A stretch of DNA of 64,000 nucleotides from Candidatus Uhrbacteria bacterium. GTDB taxonomy: Bacteria > Patescibacteriota > Patescibacteriia > UBA9934. Position numbers and translations under genes: made by a program. Below are positions 49,175 to 60,777 of the stretch, piece after piece. Each line of letters begins with the position of its first letter. Within the stretch, counting starts at the first letter, position 1. The stretch lies in assembly GCA_018664485.1 (NCBI GenBank), contig JABJOE010000005.1, positions 15,581 to 79,580 of the forward strand. Reading direction: 5' to 3'. Under the pieces are notes generated by a model. That model did not search any database. It had not been told where the DNA came from and saw only the letters and a program-made list of their open reading frames with translations.

Positions 49175-50011
49175 CTATATTTTGTTTTTCTGCATTCCGT
49201 ATGCCCGCACAACGTTCATGAGTAGGTACGCCACTGTAAGCGGCCCAACTCCTCCGGGAACAGGTGTGACAAACGCTGCTTTCTCGCGCGCAGGTCGATC
49301 GACGTCACCAACAGTTTTATCACCAACTTTATTTGTTCCAACGTCAATTATGATTGCACCGTCTTTGATCATGTCTTTCTTTATAAACCCAGCACGACCA
49401 ACAGCGATGACTATGATATCAGACACGCGTGTCTTTGCTGCAAGTGCGCCAGACTCAGGCGAGAAAAACTGTGCGTCAATATCTTGTTCTGCAAGTAATG
49501 CCATTAGCGGTTCGACAAACACTTCGTTGTTTGCAATGACAGTTGCCGTCTTCTGCTTAAGCGGCTGGTTACTTGCTTGAATCAATCGCATGATACTGAG
49601 AGCCACAGGAGGGAAGAGTGACGGTTCACCTTGCGAACGAAGCTCACGGTTGTGTGGGTGGAAGCCGTCTATATCTTTTGTAGGGTCAATTGCTGCGATC
49701 ACTGCATCTTCATCTTGCGTTGGAAGCGGAAGCTGTACAAGGATTCCGTGTATGTCATCTCGCACGTTGAGCGCTTCCACAATCGCGACAAGCTCCTTAG
49801 TACTCGTACCAGCAGGAGGCGTAATTTTTTCAAAGTAAATCCCAGCTTCTTTTGAAGCTTCTTCTTTGAGCCGAACATATAGGTGCGACGCTGCATCATC
49901 TCCTACCAAAATAGCTGCCATCCCAGGCGGGTGGTCGAGTTTTGCTATTCGCTTTTTCGCCTTCTCACGAATAGACGCTGCAAGTTGTTTTCCTTTGAGC
50001 AATTCAGCCAT
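49175..50011 (-). CDS. folD: Bifunctional methylene-THF dehydrogenase/cyclohydrolase
   Basis: GILVQLPLP, KDIDGFHP, IDVG, TPVPGGVGPLT. Confidence 0.96.
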   Translation of the reverse strand: MAELLKGKQLAASIREKAKKRIAKLDHPPGMAAILVGDDAASHLYVRLKEEASKEAGIYFEKITPPAGTSTKELVAIVEALNVRDDIHGILVQLPLPTQDEDAVIAAIDPTKDIDGFHPHNRELRSQGEPSLFPPVALSIMRLIQASNQPLKQKTATVIANNEVFVEPLMALLAEQDIDAQFFSPESGALAAKTRVSDIIVIAVGRAGFIKKDMIKDGAIIIDVGTNKVGDKTVGDVDRPAREKAAFVTPVPGGVGPLTVAYLLMNVVRAYGMQKNKI

Positions 50012-50031
50012 ATCGCGGGAAGAATAGCCGT

Positions 50032-51309
50032 TTATTGCTGTGTTGTCAATGGAAACTGGTCCGCGAGCTCTTCTACTTCGCGTCGTATTGAAGTTAGTTC
50101 ATCTGGTTTATCTTTGTTTGTGATAGCGCGATCAATCCAGCCTGCAATGAGTTTCATGTCATCTTCTTTCATACCGCGAGTCGTAAGTGCCGGTGTTCCC
50201 ATACGTACTCCTGATGGATCAAAAGGTCTACGTGGATCATGTGGAACTGTATTTTTGTTTACAGTAATACCAACGGCACCTAGCGCATCTTCTGCCTGCT
50301 TACCTGTCACTTCTTTATTTGTAAGATCCAGAAGTAGTAGATGAGTTTTAGTTCCTCCGGTTACAAGATCAAAACCTTTTTCAAGTAAATGATCTGCAAG
50401 TACTCCGGCATTTTTCACAACTTGCTGTGCGTAAGTTTTAAACTCTGGCTGCATCGCTTCCTTTAGTGCTACGGCGATAGCGGCTGTTTGGTGATTGTGT
50501 GGACCACCCTGAAGACCAGGGATAATTGCCCGATCAATAAGGGTTGGAATATTCTCGGCGGTTCTCTCTACCTTTTTAAGAGGAGTTGATGGATTTCCGT
50601 TTGCAAGAATCATCGCACCACGAGGCCCGCGAAGAGTTTTATGTGTAGTAGTTGTAACGACGTCAGCGATTCCAACTGGGTTTGGATGCTCTCCACCTGC
50701 AACTAGCCCCGCAACGTGGCTCATGTCTGCAAGTAAGAACGCTCCAACTTCGTCGGCAATCTCTCGGTACGCGGCCCAATCATATTGCTGTGCATATGCA
50801 GATCCACCGGTAACAATAAGCTTTGGACGATGTTCAAGAGCTAGCTCACGCATTTGATCCAAGTCGATAAAACCATCTTTACGACATCCGTACTGAACAC
50901 TGTTGTAGTAGGTTCCAGAAAAGTTTACTTTCAAACCATGCGTCATGTGACCTCCATGGAAAAGTTTCAGTCCCATCATTGTGTCTCCCGGCTCAAGAAG
51001 TGCGAAGTACACGGCGATGTTTGCAGGGCATCCTGAATGAGGTTGGACGTTAGCGTGACTTGCACCGAAAAGTTTCTTTGCGCGATCGCGCGCAATATTC
51101 TCAACAGCATCAACGTTGTCGCATCCGCCGTAGTAGCGCATTCCCGGATATCCTTCTGAGTACTTGTCTGTAAGCCGGCTTCCAAGAGCTTCAAGTACTG
51201 CCTGTGAAGTATGGTTTTCAGACGGGATCATTTCCAGTCCTTCTTTTTGTCGTGCTACTTCTTTGGCTACGAGGTCTGCGATTTCTGGATCGTATGATTG
51301 TAATGACAT
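50032..51309 (-). CDS. glyA: Serine hydroxymethyltransferase
   Basis: IPSEN, KYSEGYPG.RYYGG, TTTTHKTLRGPRG, PGLQGGP. Confidence 0.98.
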   Translation of the reverse strand: MSLQSYDPEIADLVAKEVARQKEGLEMIPSENHTSQAVLEALGSRLTDKYSEGYPGMRYYGGCDNVDAVENIARDRAKKLFGASHANVQPHSGCPANIAVYFALLEPGDTMMGLKLFHGGHMTHGLKVNFSGTYYNSVQYGCRKDGFIDLDQMRELALEHRPKLIVTGGSAYAQQYDWAAYREIADEVGAFLLADMSHVAGLVAGGEHPNPVGIADVVTTTTHKTLRGPRGAMILANGNPSTPLKKVERTAENIPTLIDRAIIPGLQGGPHNHQTAAIAVALKEAMQPEFKTYAQQVVKNAGVLADHLLEKGFDLVTGGTKTHLLLLDLTNKEVTGKQAEDALGAVGITVNKNTVPHDPRRPFDPSGVRMGTPALTTRGMKEDDMKLIAGWIDRAITNKDKPDELTSIRREVEELADQFPLTTQQ

Positions 51310-51494
51310 AAATTTTTGCTAAAAATGAAAAACAGAGAGCTCATCCTCAGTCCTTGCGAACGAAAAATGAAAAGTTCCAGTTCCCGCTAATTTGTTGGAT
51401 CTCTTAGCATACGAATATAGTAGCGCATTACCTCCGATTCAAACAGTGTATAAATAATGACCGATCTGTTAAAAAATGGTACATTTTCGTCAAT

Positions 51495-52817
51495 ATGATG
51501 CAATCAAAGAACGTACATATCGTGGGAATTGGGGGTATTGGAACCTCTGCTGTGGCAAAGTTGTTTTTGTCGCGTGGGGCGTCTGTTTCAGGGTCCGATA
51601 TGCATGAAAGCGAGCTGATCACTGACCTTCGTGGCCGCGGCGTTGATGTTCTCATAGGGCATTACCCGGCAAATATTCCAGAGGGTTGTGATTTAGTTGT
51701 GTACACTCGTGCTGTCGTTGAGGCGAACGTTGAGCGGCAGGCGGCCGTAGAGCGCGGAATCAAACAACTATCGTACCCAGAATTTCTCGGAATACTCGCT
51801 AAAGATTACAAAACGATTGCGGTGAGCGGAACGAACGGTAAAAGTACAACAACGGCGATGATTGCAGCGACGTTGATCGAAGCTGGTTATGATCCGACTG
51901 TCATCGTTGGAACAAAAGTTCCGGGTTGGTCTGATGGTAACTTACGAGTTGGGAAGGGTGAGTGGTTGGTGCTCGAGGCATGTGAGTACATGGCGAGCAT
52001 GCTCGAAATTCATCCGAACACGGCGGTCATTACAAATATTCAAGAAGATCATTTAGACTTTTATAAAGACATCGATCATATTCGTGAGACTTTTCAGAAG
52101 TGGATTGATTGCCGCGAAACTTGTGCGCAGGTTGTGATAAACCGTGATGATGCTGAGTCTCAAAAGTTAAAGTCAAAGTATGTTTCTTCATTCGGAGTTG
52201 ATGGGCGGAAAGTAGGTGATAAAAAACAGACCTTCGATGTAGTTGGCGTTGAGGTTGAGCTTGCGATTCCGGGTGAGTTCAATGCACAGAATGCTGCTGC
52301 CGCTTTGACGGCCGCGCATATCGTTGGGGTGCCAGACGAAGCTGCAGTGAAAGCGCTCGGGGAATTCAAAGGAACGTGGCGTCGATTTGAACATGTTGGA
52401 ATGTGGAAAGAGGCGGATATATTTTCTGACTATGCTCATCATCCGTCAGGTGTAGCTGGATCTATTGAGGCGTTTCGCGAGTTCTATCCTGATCGAAGAC
52501 TGATCGTAGTATTCCAACCTCATCAGCATTCTCGTACTCATGAAATGTTTGATAAATTTGTTGAGTCATTTGATGGGGCTGATATTTTGGTACTGTCTGA
52601 GATTTACGAAGTTACCGGCCGAACAGAAGAAAAGTTTGAATCTTCAAAGGATTTGGCTGACCAGGTGCGTAACCGTGGGCGCAACGGTAAGGTTTTGTAT
52701 GCAAAAGATTTGGGAGAGGCGGAAGATCATCTCCGTTACGCTGTGCAGAAAGATGACGTAATAGTTTGCATGGGAGCAGGTTCGATTGATTCAATAGCTC
52801 GTAAGATCGCAGAATAG
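51495..52817 (+). CDS. murC: UDP-N-acetylmuramate--L-alanine ligase
   Basis: GIGGIG.S, GTNGKSTTT, DYAHHP, FQPHQHSRT, MGAGSI. Confidence 0.96.
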   Translation: MMQSKNVHIVGIGGIGTSAVAKLFLSRGASVSGSDMHESELITDLRGRGVDVLIGHYPANIPEGCDLVVYTRAVVEANVERQAAVERGIKQLSYPEFLGILAKDYKTIAVSGTNGKSTTTAMIAATLIEAGYDPTVIVGTKVPGWSDGNLRVGKGEWLVLEACEYMASMLEIHPNTAVITNIQEDHLDFYKDIDHIRETFQKWIDCRETCAQVVINRDDAESQKLKSKYVSSFGVDGRKVGDKKQTFDVVGVEVELAIPGEFNAQNAAAALTAAHIVGVPDEAAVKALGEFKGTWRRFEHVGMWKEADIFSDYAHHPSGVAGSIEAFREFYPDRRLIVVFQPHQHSRTHEMFDKFVESFDGADILVLSEIYEVTGRTEEKFESSKDLADQVRNRGRNGKVLYAKDLGEAEDHLRYAVQKDDVIVCMGAGSIDSIARKIAE

Positions 52818-52818
52818 T

Positions 52819-53202
52819 ATGAAAAGGAATCGAGGATGGGAACTTCTCTATAAGAGTGAACGTTACGGAATGTGGTTTGCTTTTTTCGCTACTGGTGCTC
52901 TTATATTCAGCACTATGTTTGTATACAGCGAAGTACTTGTTAATATTTTGCCTGATTGGTTCCATGAACCATTTATGAGGGATAAACGGGGGAATGATGT
53001 TGATCTGATTTCTATCATTGCTTTGTTAGTAGTTATCCCTGCTTATATTTCGGTTCAAAAGATCAGAGACAAGAAAGTAGAGGGAAAAAACAAAAGTGGA
53101 AAAACCATTGACGGTGATGGCTACACGATTGCTGCATTAAGTTTATCAGCCCTGTATCTATTCATTTATTTAATCTGGTACGTTATAGAACTCTATGGAT
53201 AG
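52819..53202 (+). CDS. Hypothetical membrane protein (3 TM)
   Basis: 127 aa, hydrophobic segments, starts 1 nt after murC. Confidence 0.7.
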   Translation: MKRNRGWELLYKSERYGMWFAFFATGALIFSTMFVYSEVLVNILPDWFHEPFMRDKRGNDVDLISIIALLVVIPAYISVQKIRDKKVEGKNKSGKTIDGDGYTIAALSLSALYLFIYLIWYVIELYG

Positions 53203-53245
53203 TATTGGCAAACAATTAAAAACGAACTTTCGAGCTCGACTACTT

Positions 53246-53311
53246 GAAGGCGATATTATTGTTTGTATGTGTGCTGGATCAATTGATTCACTAGCACGAA
53301 AGTTAGTATGA
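53246..53311 (+). pseudogene. Remnant second copy of the murC 3' end
   Basis: Translates EGDIIVCMCAGSIDSLARKLV*, versus murC KDDVIVCMGAGSIDSIARKIAE*. Confidence 0.8.
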
Positions 53312-54336
53312 AAAATCCAGAGAGTGAAAAAGCTGGAATGTGTAGTCATGGTAACTTTTCGGATAGCTGTGTTAAGTGTCGAGAAGTGATTATAGAAAAG
53401 CATGATCAGTTGGATAATGAGGGTGTTTACGTAATTCACGGTCAAGAATCTGGCGCTGTAGCATTCGGTTCTATCCATACAAATAACCCTGAAAGCATCA
53501 CTATCGCAAAGCTTAAAGACTCATTAAATGAATATGAGCAGTCTGTAGAGCGTGCTGAGATTTCGTTGATGGTTGAAGGGATGCACGGGCAGGAAGGTCA
53601 GCTAGACGTTGAAAAGCTTATGGAGGGAGTGTCAACGCTTGGAGAATCCGTTAAGCGGCATGGCGAATCTGGCGTTTTATTCTGGTACGCAAAACAGGCG
53701 CTAGATAAAGGTGAGACTGTCAAAATTACATCTCCAGAAAGACCTGAAGATGATATCGTAACCGTGTTACATAAAGAGGGTTTTGCCGCTGAGGATATTG
53801 CTACGTATCTTTCGCTTCGTGCGCTTACAAGTAGCGTGGGGAGAGGGGTTAAAAGAGATGAACCAATGGCTTTGTTAAAACAGAAATTTGCTCGTGAGGC
53901 TTATCATATTGATCAACTGACTGGAGCTGGATGGATTGAGGATGTGCGTACGGAGGCGGAGCTTAAGGAGATGGTTGATAAAGATCCAGGTGCTCTTAGC
54001 GCTTATGTAGAGTTGGTGGGTGCCCAGTTTTTAAGCAGGTTAAATGCGCGGGTGATGGAATTGGGGTCTAAAATGGGTATTTCTACGACTGTTGAATCTC
54101 TTTTTTCGGGAGATTTGCAAAACGTTTCCATTGATGATGTAAATGAATTGTCTGATCCGTTAGATTTTTCTGGGCGTGATACGCCGGTAAATAAAGTTTC
54201 TGGTCGATGGAATGCGTTGCGTGACGAATATCTATTATCTTCGATACAGGAATCTATTGCGCAAGGAGAGAAGCCATTTGTAGTTTTTGGAGCCTCACAT
54301 GTAATTGTTCTTGAAGATTCGCTAAAGGGATTATGA
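53308..54336 (+). CDS. Hypothetical protein with an N-terminal CxHGNxxxxCxxC motif
   Basis: 342 aa; C-terminal VVFGASH resembles TraB/TIKI-like motifs (weak). Confidence 0.75.
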   Translation: MKNPESEKAGMCSHGNFSDSCVKCREVIIEKHDQLDNEGVYVIHGQESGAVAFGSIHTNNPESITIAKLKDSLNEYEQSVERAEISLMVEGMHGQEGQLDVEKLMEGVSTLGESVKRHGESGVLFWYAKQALDKGETVKITSPERPEDDIVTVLHKEGFAAEDIATYLSLRALTSSVGRGVKRDEPMALLKQKFAREAYHIDQLTGAGWIEDVRTEAELKEMVDKDPGALSAYVELVGAQFLSRLNARVMELGSKMGISTTVESLFSGDLQNVSIDDVNELSDPLDFSGRDTPVNKVSGRWNALRDEYLLSSIQESIAQGEKPFVVFGASHVIVLEDSLKGL

Positions 54337-55286
54337 ATAAACTAAAAGAAATTTTTGGTGATAGGTTCTTGACCGATGAGCCGCTTGCGAAACATTTGAA
54401 TTTCAGGATCGGTGGACCTACAAAATATTTCGTTGAAGTAAAAACGATTGAAGAATTGCAACACGCACTTGCGGCCGCAAAGGAAAACAGCGTTGAGACG
54501 TTTGTGTTGGGAGGAGGGTCAAATACCCTTGCGAGCGATGCTGGGTTCGATGGTTTGGTTATTAAACTCGCCTTGCGTGCTCATCAGATTGACGGCACAA
54601 CGGTTGTTGCCGAAGCCGGGATGATATCAGCGGCTTTGGCGCGTGTAACTGCTTCTGCGGGTCTTTCGGGATTTGCTTGGGCTATCTCACTTCCAGGAAC
54701 TATCGGTGGAGCTGTCCGTGGTAACGCCGGATGTTTTGGGGGCGAGATGAAAGACACAGTAGTGAAGGTAGAAGTATTGCGAAATGGAAAAATAGTTGAA
54801 CTCTATGCTGCTGACTTAGAGTTTGGTTATAGGGATTCTAAAGTGAAACATAACGACGATATTGTTTTGCGCGTTTGGCTTGAGCTCGCGCAAGGAGATT
54901 CAGAGGTGTTGTTGCAGCAATTAAAAGATACGGTTGAGGCTCGTAAGGAAACTCAGCCGTTACATGCTGGATCAGCAGGATGCATTTTTAAAAACTTTGA
55001 GTTTAGCGACGTCTCTGAAATTGAAAAGCTAGTGAGTGCTACGGATGTTCCAGAGCCGATGATTACAGGTAAACGTATTTCTGCTGGTTGGATTATCGAT
55101 CAGGCCGATTTGAAGGGTACTCGAATTGGAGACTCTGCAATCAGCGACGAGCACGGTAATTTTCTCATCAACCATGGAAAAGCAACGGCAGATGAGATCG
55201 TACAACTCATTGCTCTCGTGAAAACACGTGTGCGCACTCAGTTTGGTATTCAGCTGCAAGAAGAGGTTCAGTATTTAGGATTTTAG
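54333..55286 (+). CDS. murB: UDP-N-acetylenolpyruvoylglucosamine reductase
   Basis: RIGGP, LGGGSN, PGTIGGAVRGNAG, SAGCIFKN, H.NF..N. Confidence 0.96.
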   Translation: MNKLKEIFGDRFLTDEPLAKHLNFRIGGPTKYFVEVKTIEELQHALAAAKENSVETFVLGGGSNTLASDAGFDGLVIKLALRAHQIDGTTVVAEAGMISAALARVTASAGLSGFAWAISLPGTIGGAVRGNAGCFGGEMKDTVVKVEVLRNGKIVELYAADLEFGYRDSKVKHNDDIVLRVWLELAQGDSEVLLQQLKDTVEARKETQPLHAGSAGCIFKNFEFSDVSEIEKLVSATDVPEPMITGKRISAGWIIDQADLKGTRIGDSAISDEHGNFLINHGKATADEIVQLIALVKTRVRTQFGIQLQEEVQYLGF

Positions 55287-55336
55287 CAATCGGCTAAACA
55301 TGATAAACTATAGGTAGAAACTAACCATTTTTACCT

Positions 55337-55642
55337 ATGCGCCTTACAGAAATCAAGGGACTTAACATGGACCTTACTGATGCGATAAAGGATCATGTAG
55401 AAAAACGTTTGGAAGGTTTAGAGCGGTTGTGCGAGGATCTTCAGCCATGCGATGTTGCCGCTGTAGTTGGAAAGACTACAAAGGGTCAGCAGAAGGGGTT
55501 GATCTTTAAAGCGGAATTTAATCTCAATATTCCGGGTACATTATTGCGCGTTGAGACGGTTAAGGAAGATTTGTATGAAGCGATTGACGTTGCTTTGAAA
55601 GATTTAAAACGACAGCTGGTTGCGTATAAAGAGAAGCGTTAA
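55337..55642 (+). CDS. Ribosome hibernation factor, HPF/RaiA family (paralog 2)
   Basis: MDLTDAIKDHVEKRL...EDLYEAID...LKRQL; upstream of secA. Confidence 0.9.
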   Translation: MRLTEIKGLNMDLTDAIKDHVEKRLEGLERLCEDLQPCDVAAVVGKTTKGQQKGLIFKAEFNLNIPGTLLRVETVKEDLYEAIDVALKDLKRQLVAYKEKR

Positions 55643-55678
55643 TGTTAGTAGGTTTTGCTATAAGAATTTAAATGCAAT

Positions 55679-55703
55679 GAATCCCGAACTAGGTTCGGGA
55701 TTC
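55679..55703. terminator. Hairpin terminator between hpf and the peptide array
   Basis: GAATCCCGAAC-TAG-GTTCGGGATTC. Confidence 0.75.
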
Positions 55704-55727
55704 TTTCGTGCAAGACGAGGAGTTGTC

Positions 55728-55874
55728 TTACTCGTAGGTGTTTGCGGCCATTGCCTCGGTGATCACTGTCGCGACCACGTCGGCGCTCCCCAGGTTGTGA
55801 GTGTTGGCCTTCGCCATCAGAATGGCGATGACTACAATCAGGGCCACGATGACGTGGTGTGGGCGGATTTCCAT
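55728..55874 (-). CDS. Array peptide F (48 aa)
   Basis: MEIRPHHVIVALIVVIAILMAKANTHNLGSADVVATVITEAMAANTYE; GGAGG SD. Confidence 0.7.
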   Translation of the reverse strand: MEIRPHHVIVALIVVIAILMAKANTHNLGSADVVATVITEAMAANTYE

Positions 55875-55889
55875 TTTCCGTTACCTCCG

Positions 55890-55923
<34 letters not shown>

Positions 55924-55926
55924 GGG

Positions 55927-56103
55927 TCAGTCGATGTAGATGATCTCGCACGTGTCAGGTGGGGTCACCTTGCAGGTGGCTTCCGACCCTTTCTCGGCGA
56001 TGATCACAAGATTGCTTACTTCTCGCTCAGCAACATATCCGTGTACGAACATGCGACCGAAGAATGCGGCGAGCACCATTGCTGCAACCGTAAGGTGGCG
56101 CAT
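55927..56103 (-). CDS. Array peptide E (58 aa)
   Basis: MRHLTVAAMVLAAFFGRMFV...; CGGAG SD. Confidence 0.7.
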   Translation of the reverse strand: MRHLTVAAMVLAAFFGRMFVHGYVAEREVSNLVIIAEKGSEATCKVTPPDTCEIIYID

Positions 56104-56120
56104 TAAGTCTCCGGGGAATC

Positions 56121-56185
56121 GATGCATGTTGCATCTAGGTTCACGAAATGCAGGAACGTGTCGTGCACTTTGTGAACCCTTGGAG
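56121..56185 (-). repeat. ~65-nt structured leader duplicated at 56942-57006
   Basis: GGTTCACGAAATGCAGGAACGTGTCGTGCACTTTGTGAACCCTTGGAG identical in both copies. Confidence 0.9.
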
Positions 56186-56214
56186 GCTATCGGCGGTATA
56201 TCTTCAAATCTTTT

Positions 56215-56252
56215 GCCTCAGAGATCACGACGTAGTCATGGTCTCAATTGGC
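56215..56252 (-). repeat. Array hairpin repeat, copy 4
   Basis: Minus strand GCCAATTGAGACCATGACTACGTCGTGATCTCTGAGGC. Confidence 0.9.
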
Positions 56253-56298
56253 GGCCACAGAAAGATTCCTGGGCCTAGGGGAGATGACGGTTGCCATC

Positions 56299-56505
56299 TC
56301 AGAAGATGAAGTAGTGCCGGTTGGTGATGTCTTCACCGTTTTCTGCGATGTCGGGGGTGGGCAGGGCCTCGATCGAGTCGAGTGCCTCGACCAGAGCAGG
56401 GCTCAAGTCGGGGGACATCACAGCCTTGAGGGCAGCGTTGTCGTCGGTGGTGGTTGAGGTTCCGGTGCTCAGAGCGAGCAGAACGGCAAGGATGGTGTTG
56501 GACAT
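56299..56505 (-). CDS. Array peptide D (68 aa)
   Basis: MSNTILAVLLALSTG... signal-peptide-like; GGAGG SD. Confidence 0.72.
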   Translation of the reverse strand: MSNTILAVLLALSTGTSTTTDDNAALKAVMSPDLSPALVEALDSIEALPTPDIAENGEDITNRHYFIF

Positions 56506-56584
56506 ATTGTCCTCCGTTGTGGGGTGGGTGGGTGTCACCAAGCATGTAATGACACTTACTCAACTCACAACTTTTATTTGCATC

Positions 56585-56622
56585 GCCTTGGAGGTCACCA
56601 GCTAGTGATGATCTCAGTTGGC
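56585..56622 (-). repeat. Array hairpin repeat, copy 3
   Basis: Minus strand GCCAACTGAGATCATCACTAGCTGGTGACCTCCAAGGC. Confidence 0.85.
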
Positions 56623-56681
56623 GGCCTAGAGAGATGATTCTAGGACCACGGTTGAAGAGTGAAGGAAGGTTGGTTGGTAGT

Positions 56682-56927
56682 TCAGGCAGGTGTTCCTTGG
56701 TACATCGTCCCGAAGGCCAGGAGGAGCAAGAACATCTTGGCCAGAACCATCATGCTGCCGCCCCAGATTGCGGTCGCTCCACGATCGTAGTGGGGCATAC
56801 GACGCATCCGAATCATCAGGATGGCGGCGATGGTCAGCGATGCGGCGAAGCCGACGCTGGAAGTAGTGATGCCTGCATCGGTGCAGAGCATGGCGAGAAA
56901 TTCAGCTTTGAGTTGGGTCGGGGTCAT
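56682..56927 (-). CDS. Array peptide C (81 aa, 2 TM)
   Basis: MTPTQLKAEFLAML...; TGGAG SD. Confidence 0.72.
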   Translation of the reverse strand: MTPTQLKAEFLAMLCTDAGITTSSVGFAASLTIAAILMIRMRRMPHYDRGATAIWGGSMMVLAKMFLLLLAFGTMYQGTPA

Positions 56928-56941
56928 GGTGGCTCCAGTGT

Positions 56942-57006
56942 GATGCATATGCATCGAGGGTTCACGAAATGCAGGAACGTGTCGTGCACTTTGTGAACCC
57001 TTGGAG
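56942..57006 (-). repeat. ~65-nt structured leader, copy of 56121-56185
   Basis: See 56121-56185. Confidence 0.9.
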
Positions 57007-57021
57007 CTCGTATTACGTATT

Positions 57022-57062
57022 GCCTCAGAGATCACCACAAGCATGTGATGGTCTCAATTGGC
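57022..57062 (-). repeat. Array hairpin repeat, copy 2
   Basis: Minus strand GCCAATTGAGACCATCACATGCTTGTGGTGATCTCTGAGGC. Confidence 0.9.
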
Positions 57063-57101
57063 TGGTAGTTGGACAAGAAATGTCCGCGTACCAAGTGCTG
57101 T

Positions 57102-57281
57102 TTAGCCTGTGATCATCATGAGGAAGAACAGACCGCCGAGCATCGTGCCCCCGATCAGGAAAAGTACCGTGATTAGTGCTTTCGCTAAATCTTCGTCCTT
57201 TCGTGTTTTTTCTTCTTGTGATCTGATTCTGATCTCGTTGGCTCGTTTCTGCTCATAACTTGGCTGGCGTCGTTTTCTCAT
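57102..57281 (-). CDS. Array peptide B (59 aa), charged N-terminus plus C-terminal TM
   Basis: MRKRRQPSYEQKRANEIRIRSQEEKTRKDEDLAKALITVLFLIGGTMLGGLFFLMMITG; AGGT SD-like. Confidence 0.7.
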   Translation of the reverse strand: MRKRRQPSYEQKRANEIRIRSQEEKTRKDEDLAKALITVLFLIGGTMLGGLFFLMMITG

Positions 57282-57327
57282 TGCTTCTACCTATTCGGGT
57301 TACTGCCCGATATGTGGAGGCGTATTT

Positions 57328-57365
57328 GCCTCAGAGATCACGACATAGTCATGGCCTCAATTGGC
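57328..57365 (-). repeat. Array hairpin repeat, copy 1
   Basis: Minus strand GCCAATTGAGGCCATGACTATGTCGTGATCTCTGAGGC. Confidence 0.9.
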
Positions 57366-57424
57366 AGCCGCGGAACAGTGAAGTTCCGCGGCAGTCAGCT
57401 ACGTAGTAACGCAGGTGATGGGCC

Positions 57425-57628
57425 TCAGAGGGAGGCGAGGACATCAGGATTGATGTCGTTGGTCCGGGGCGTGATGCCCATGACCGGGATGGTCGCGCCG
57501 CCGTTGGGCTGGAGCGAGTCCATGGTGTCGCTGAGCTTCACCATGGACTCGTGCATTTCGTAGCACGGAATGGCGAACCCGCCGATGGTGAGTGCGAAAG
57601 CGAGGCCGAGGTGAATGATTCGAGTCAT
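57425..57628 (-). CDS. Array peptide A (67 aa)
   Basis: MTRIIHLGLAFALTIGGFAIPC...; CGGAG SD. Confidence 0.72.
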   Translation of the reverse strand: MTRIIHLGLAFALTIGGFAIPCYEMHESMVKLSDTMDSLQPNGGATIPVMGITPRTNDINPDVLASL

Positions 57629-57677
57629 GATGGATCTCCGAGTTGTAGTGCACTGAGTTGTGCTTGATCCTGACCTA

Positions 57678-57706
57678 ATAGTAGCACGTTTTAGCACTTT
57701 TGTCAA
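57678..57706 (-). promoter_or_regulatory. sigma70-type promoter of the peptide array
   Basis: TTGACA-17 nt-TACTAT with extended TG. Confidence 0.78.
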
Positions 57707-57980
57707 GTTACTCTGGACAGAAAAGAGAGAGAAAACCTTATAAAACAAGCATAAAACAGTCTTTTTGTTTTGTATCTTTGAACTAAAATTCAATAACTTT
57801 TTAGCCTAATAAAGACAAAGTTGTACGCCTTGTCATTTTCGACATTTTCAGGCACAATAGCGACGTTATACCCAACGGAATGGCCTTTAACATGTACTTT
57901 CTAAAAGTGCCTTAAGGTCTACGGGATAAAAACTCATATACAGATTTTGGATAACTCTATTTAAAGTTGTGCTACAGGTT

Positions 57981-60776
<2,796 letters not shown>

Positions 60777-60777
60777 T

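Noticed and set aside
51310-51430. ZTP, glycine or THF riboswitch upstream of glyA
   Set aside because: No recognisable consensus; only weak pairing.
55752-55765. Fifth copy of the array repeat inside peptide F (GTGATCACCGAGGC)
   Set aside because: Only the 3' half is similar, the pairing 5' arm is absent, and it lies in coding sequence.
56215-57365. CRISPR array interpretation of the 38-nt repeats
   Set aside because: The spacers are ~265-400 nt, contain ORFs and vary in length; the repeats are degenerate; no cas genes are in the window.
56215-57365. Classical integron attC sites
   Set aside because: No RYYYAAC...GTTRRRY core pair, the units are shorter than typical attC sites, and no intI is in the window. 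A non-canonical recombination site is not excluded.
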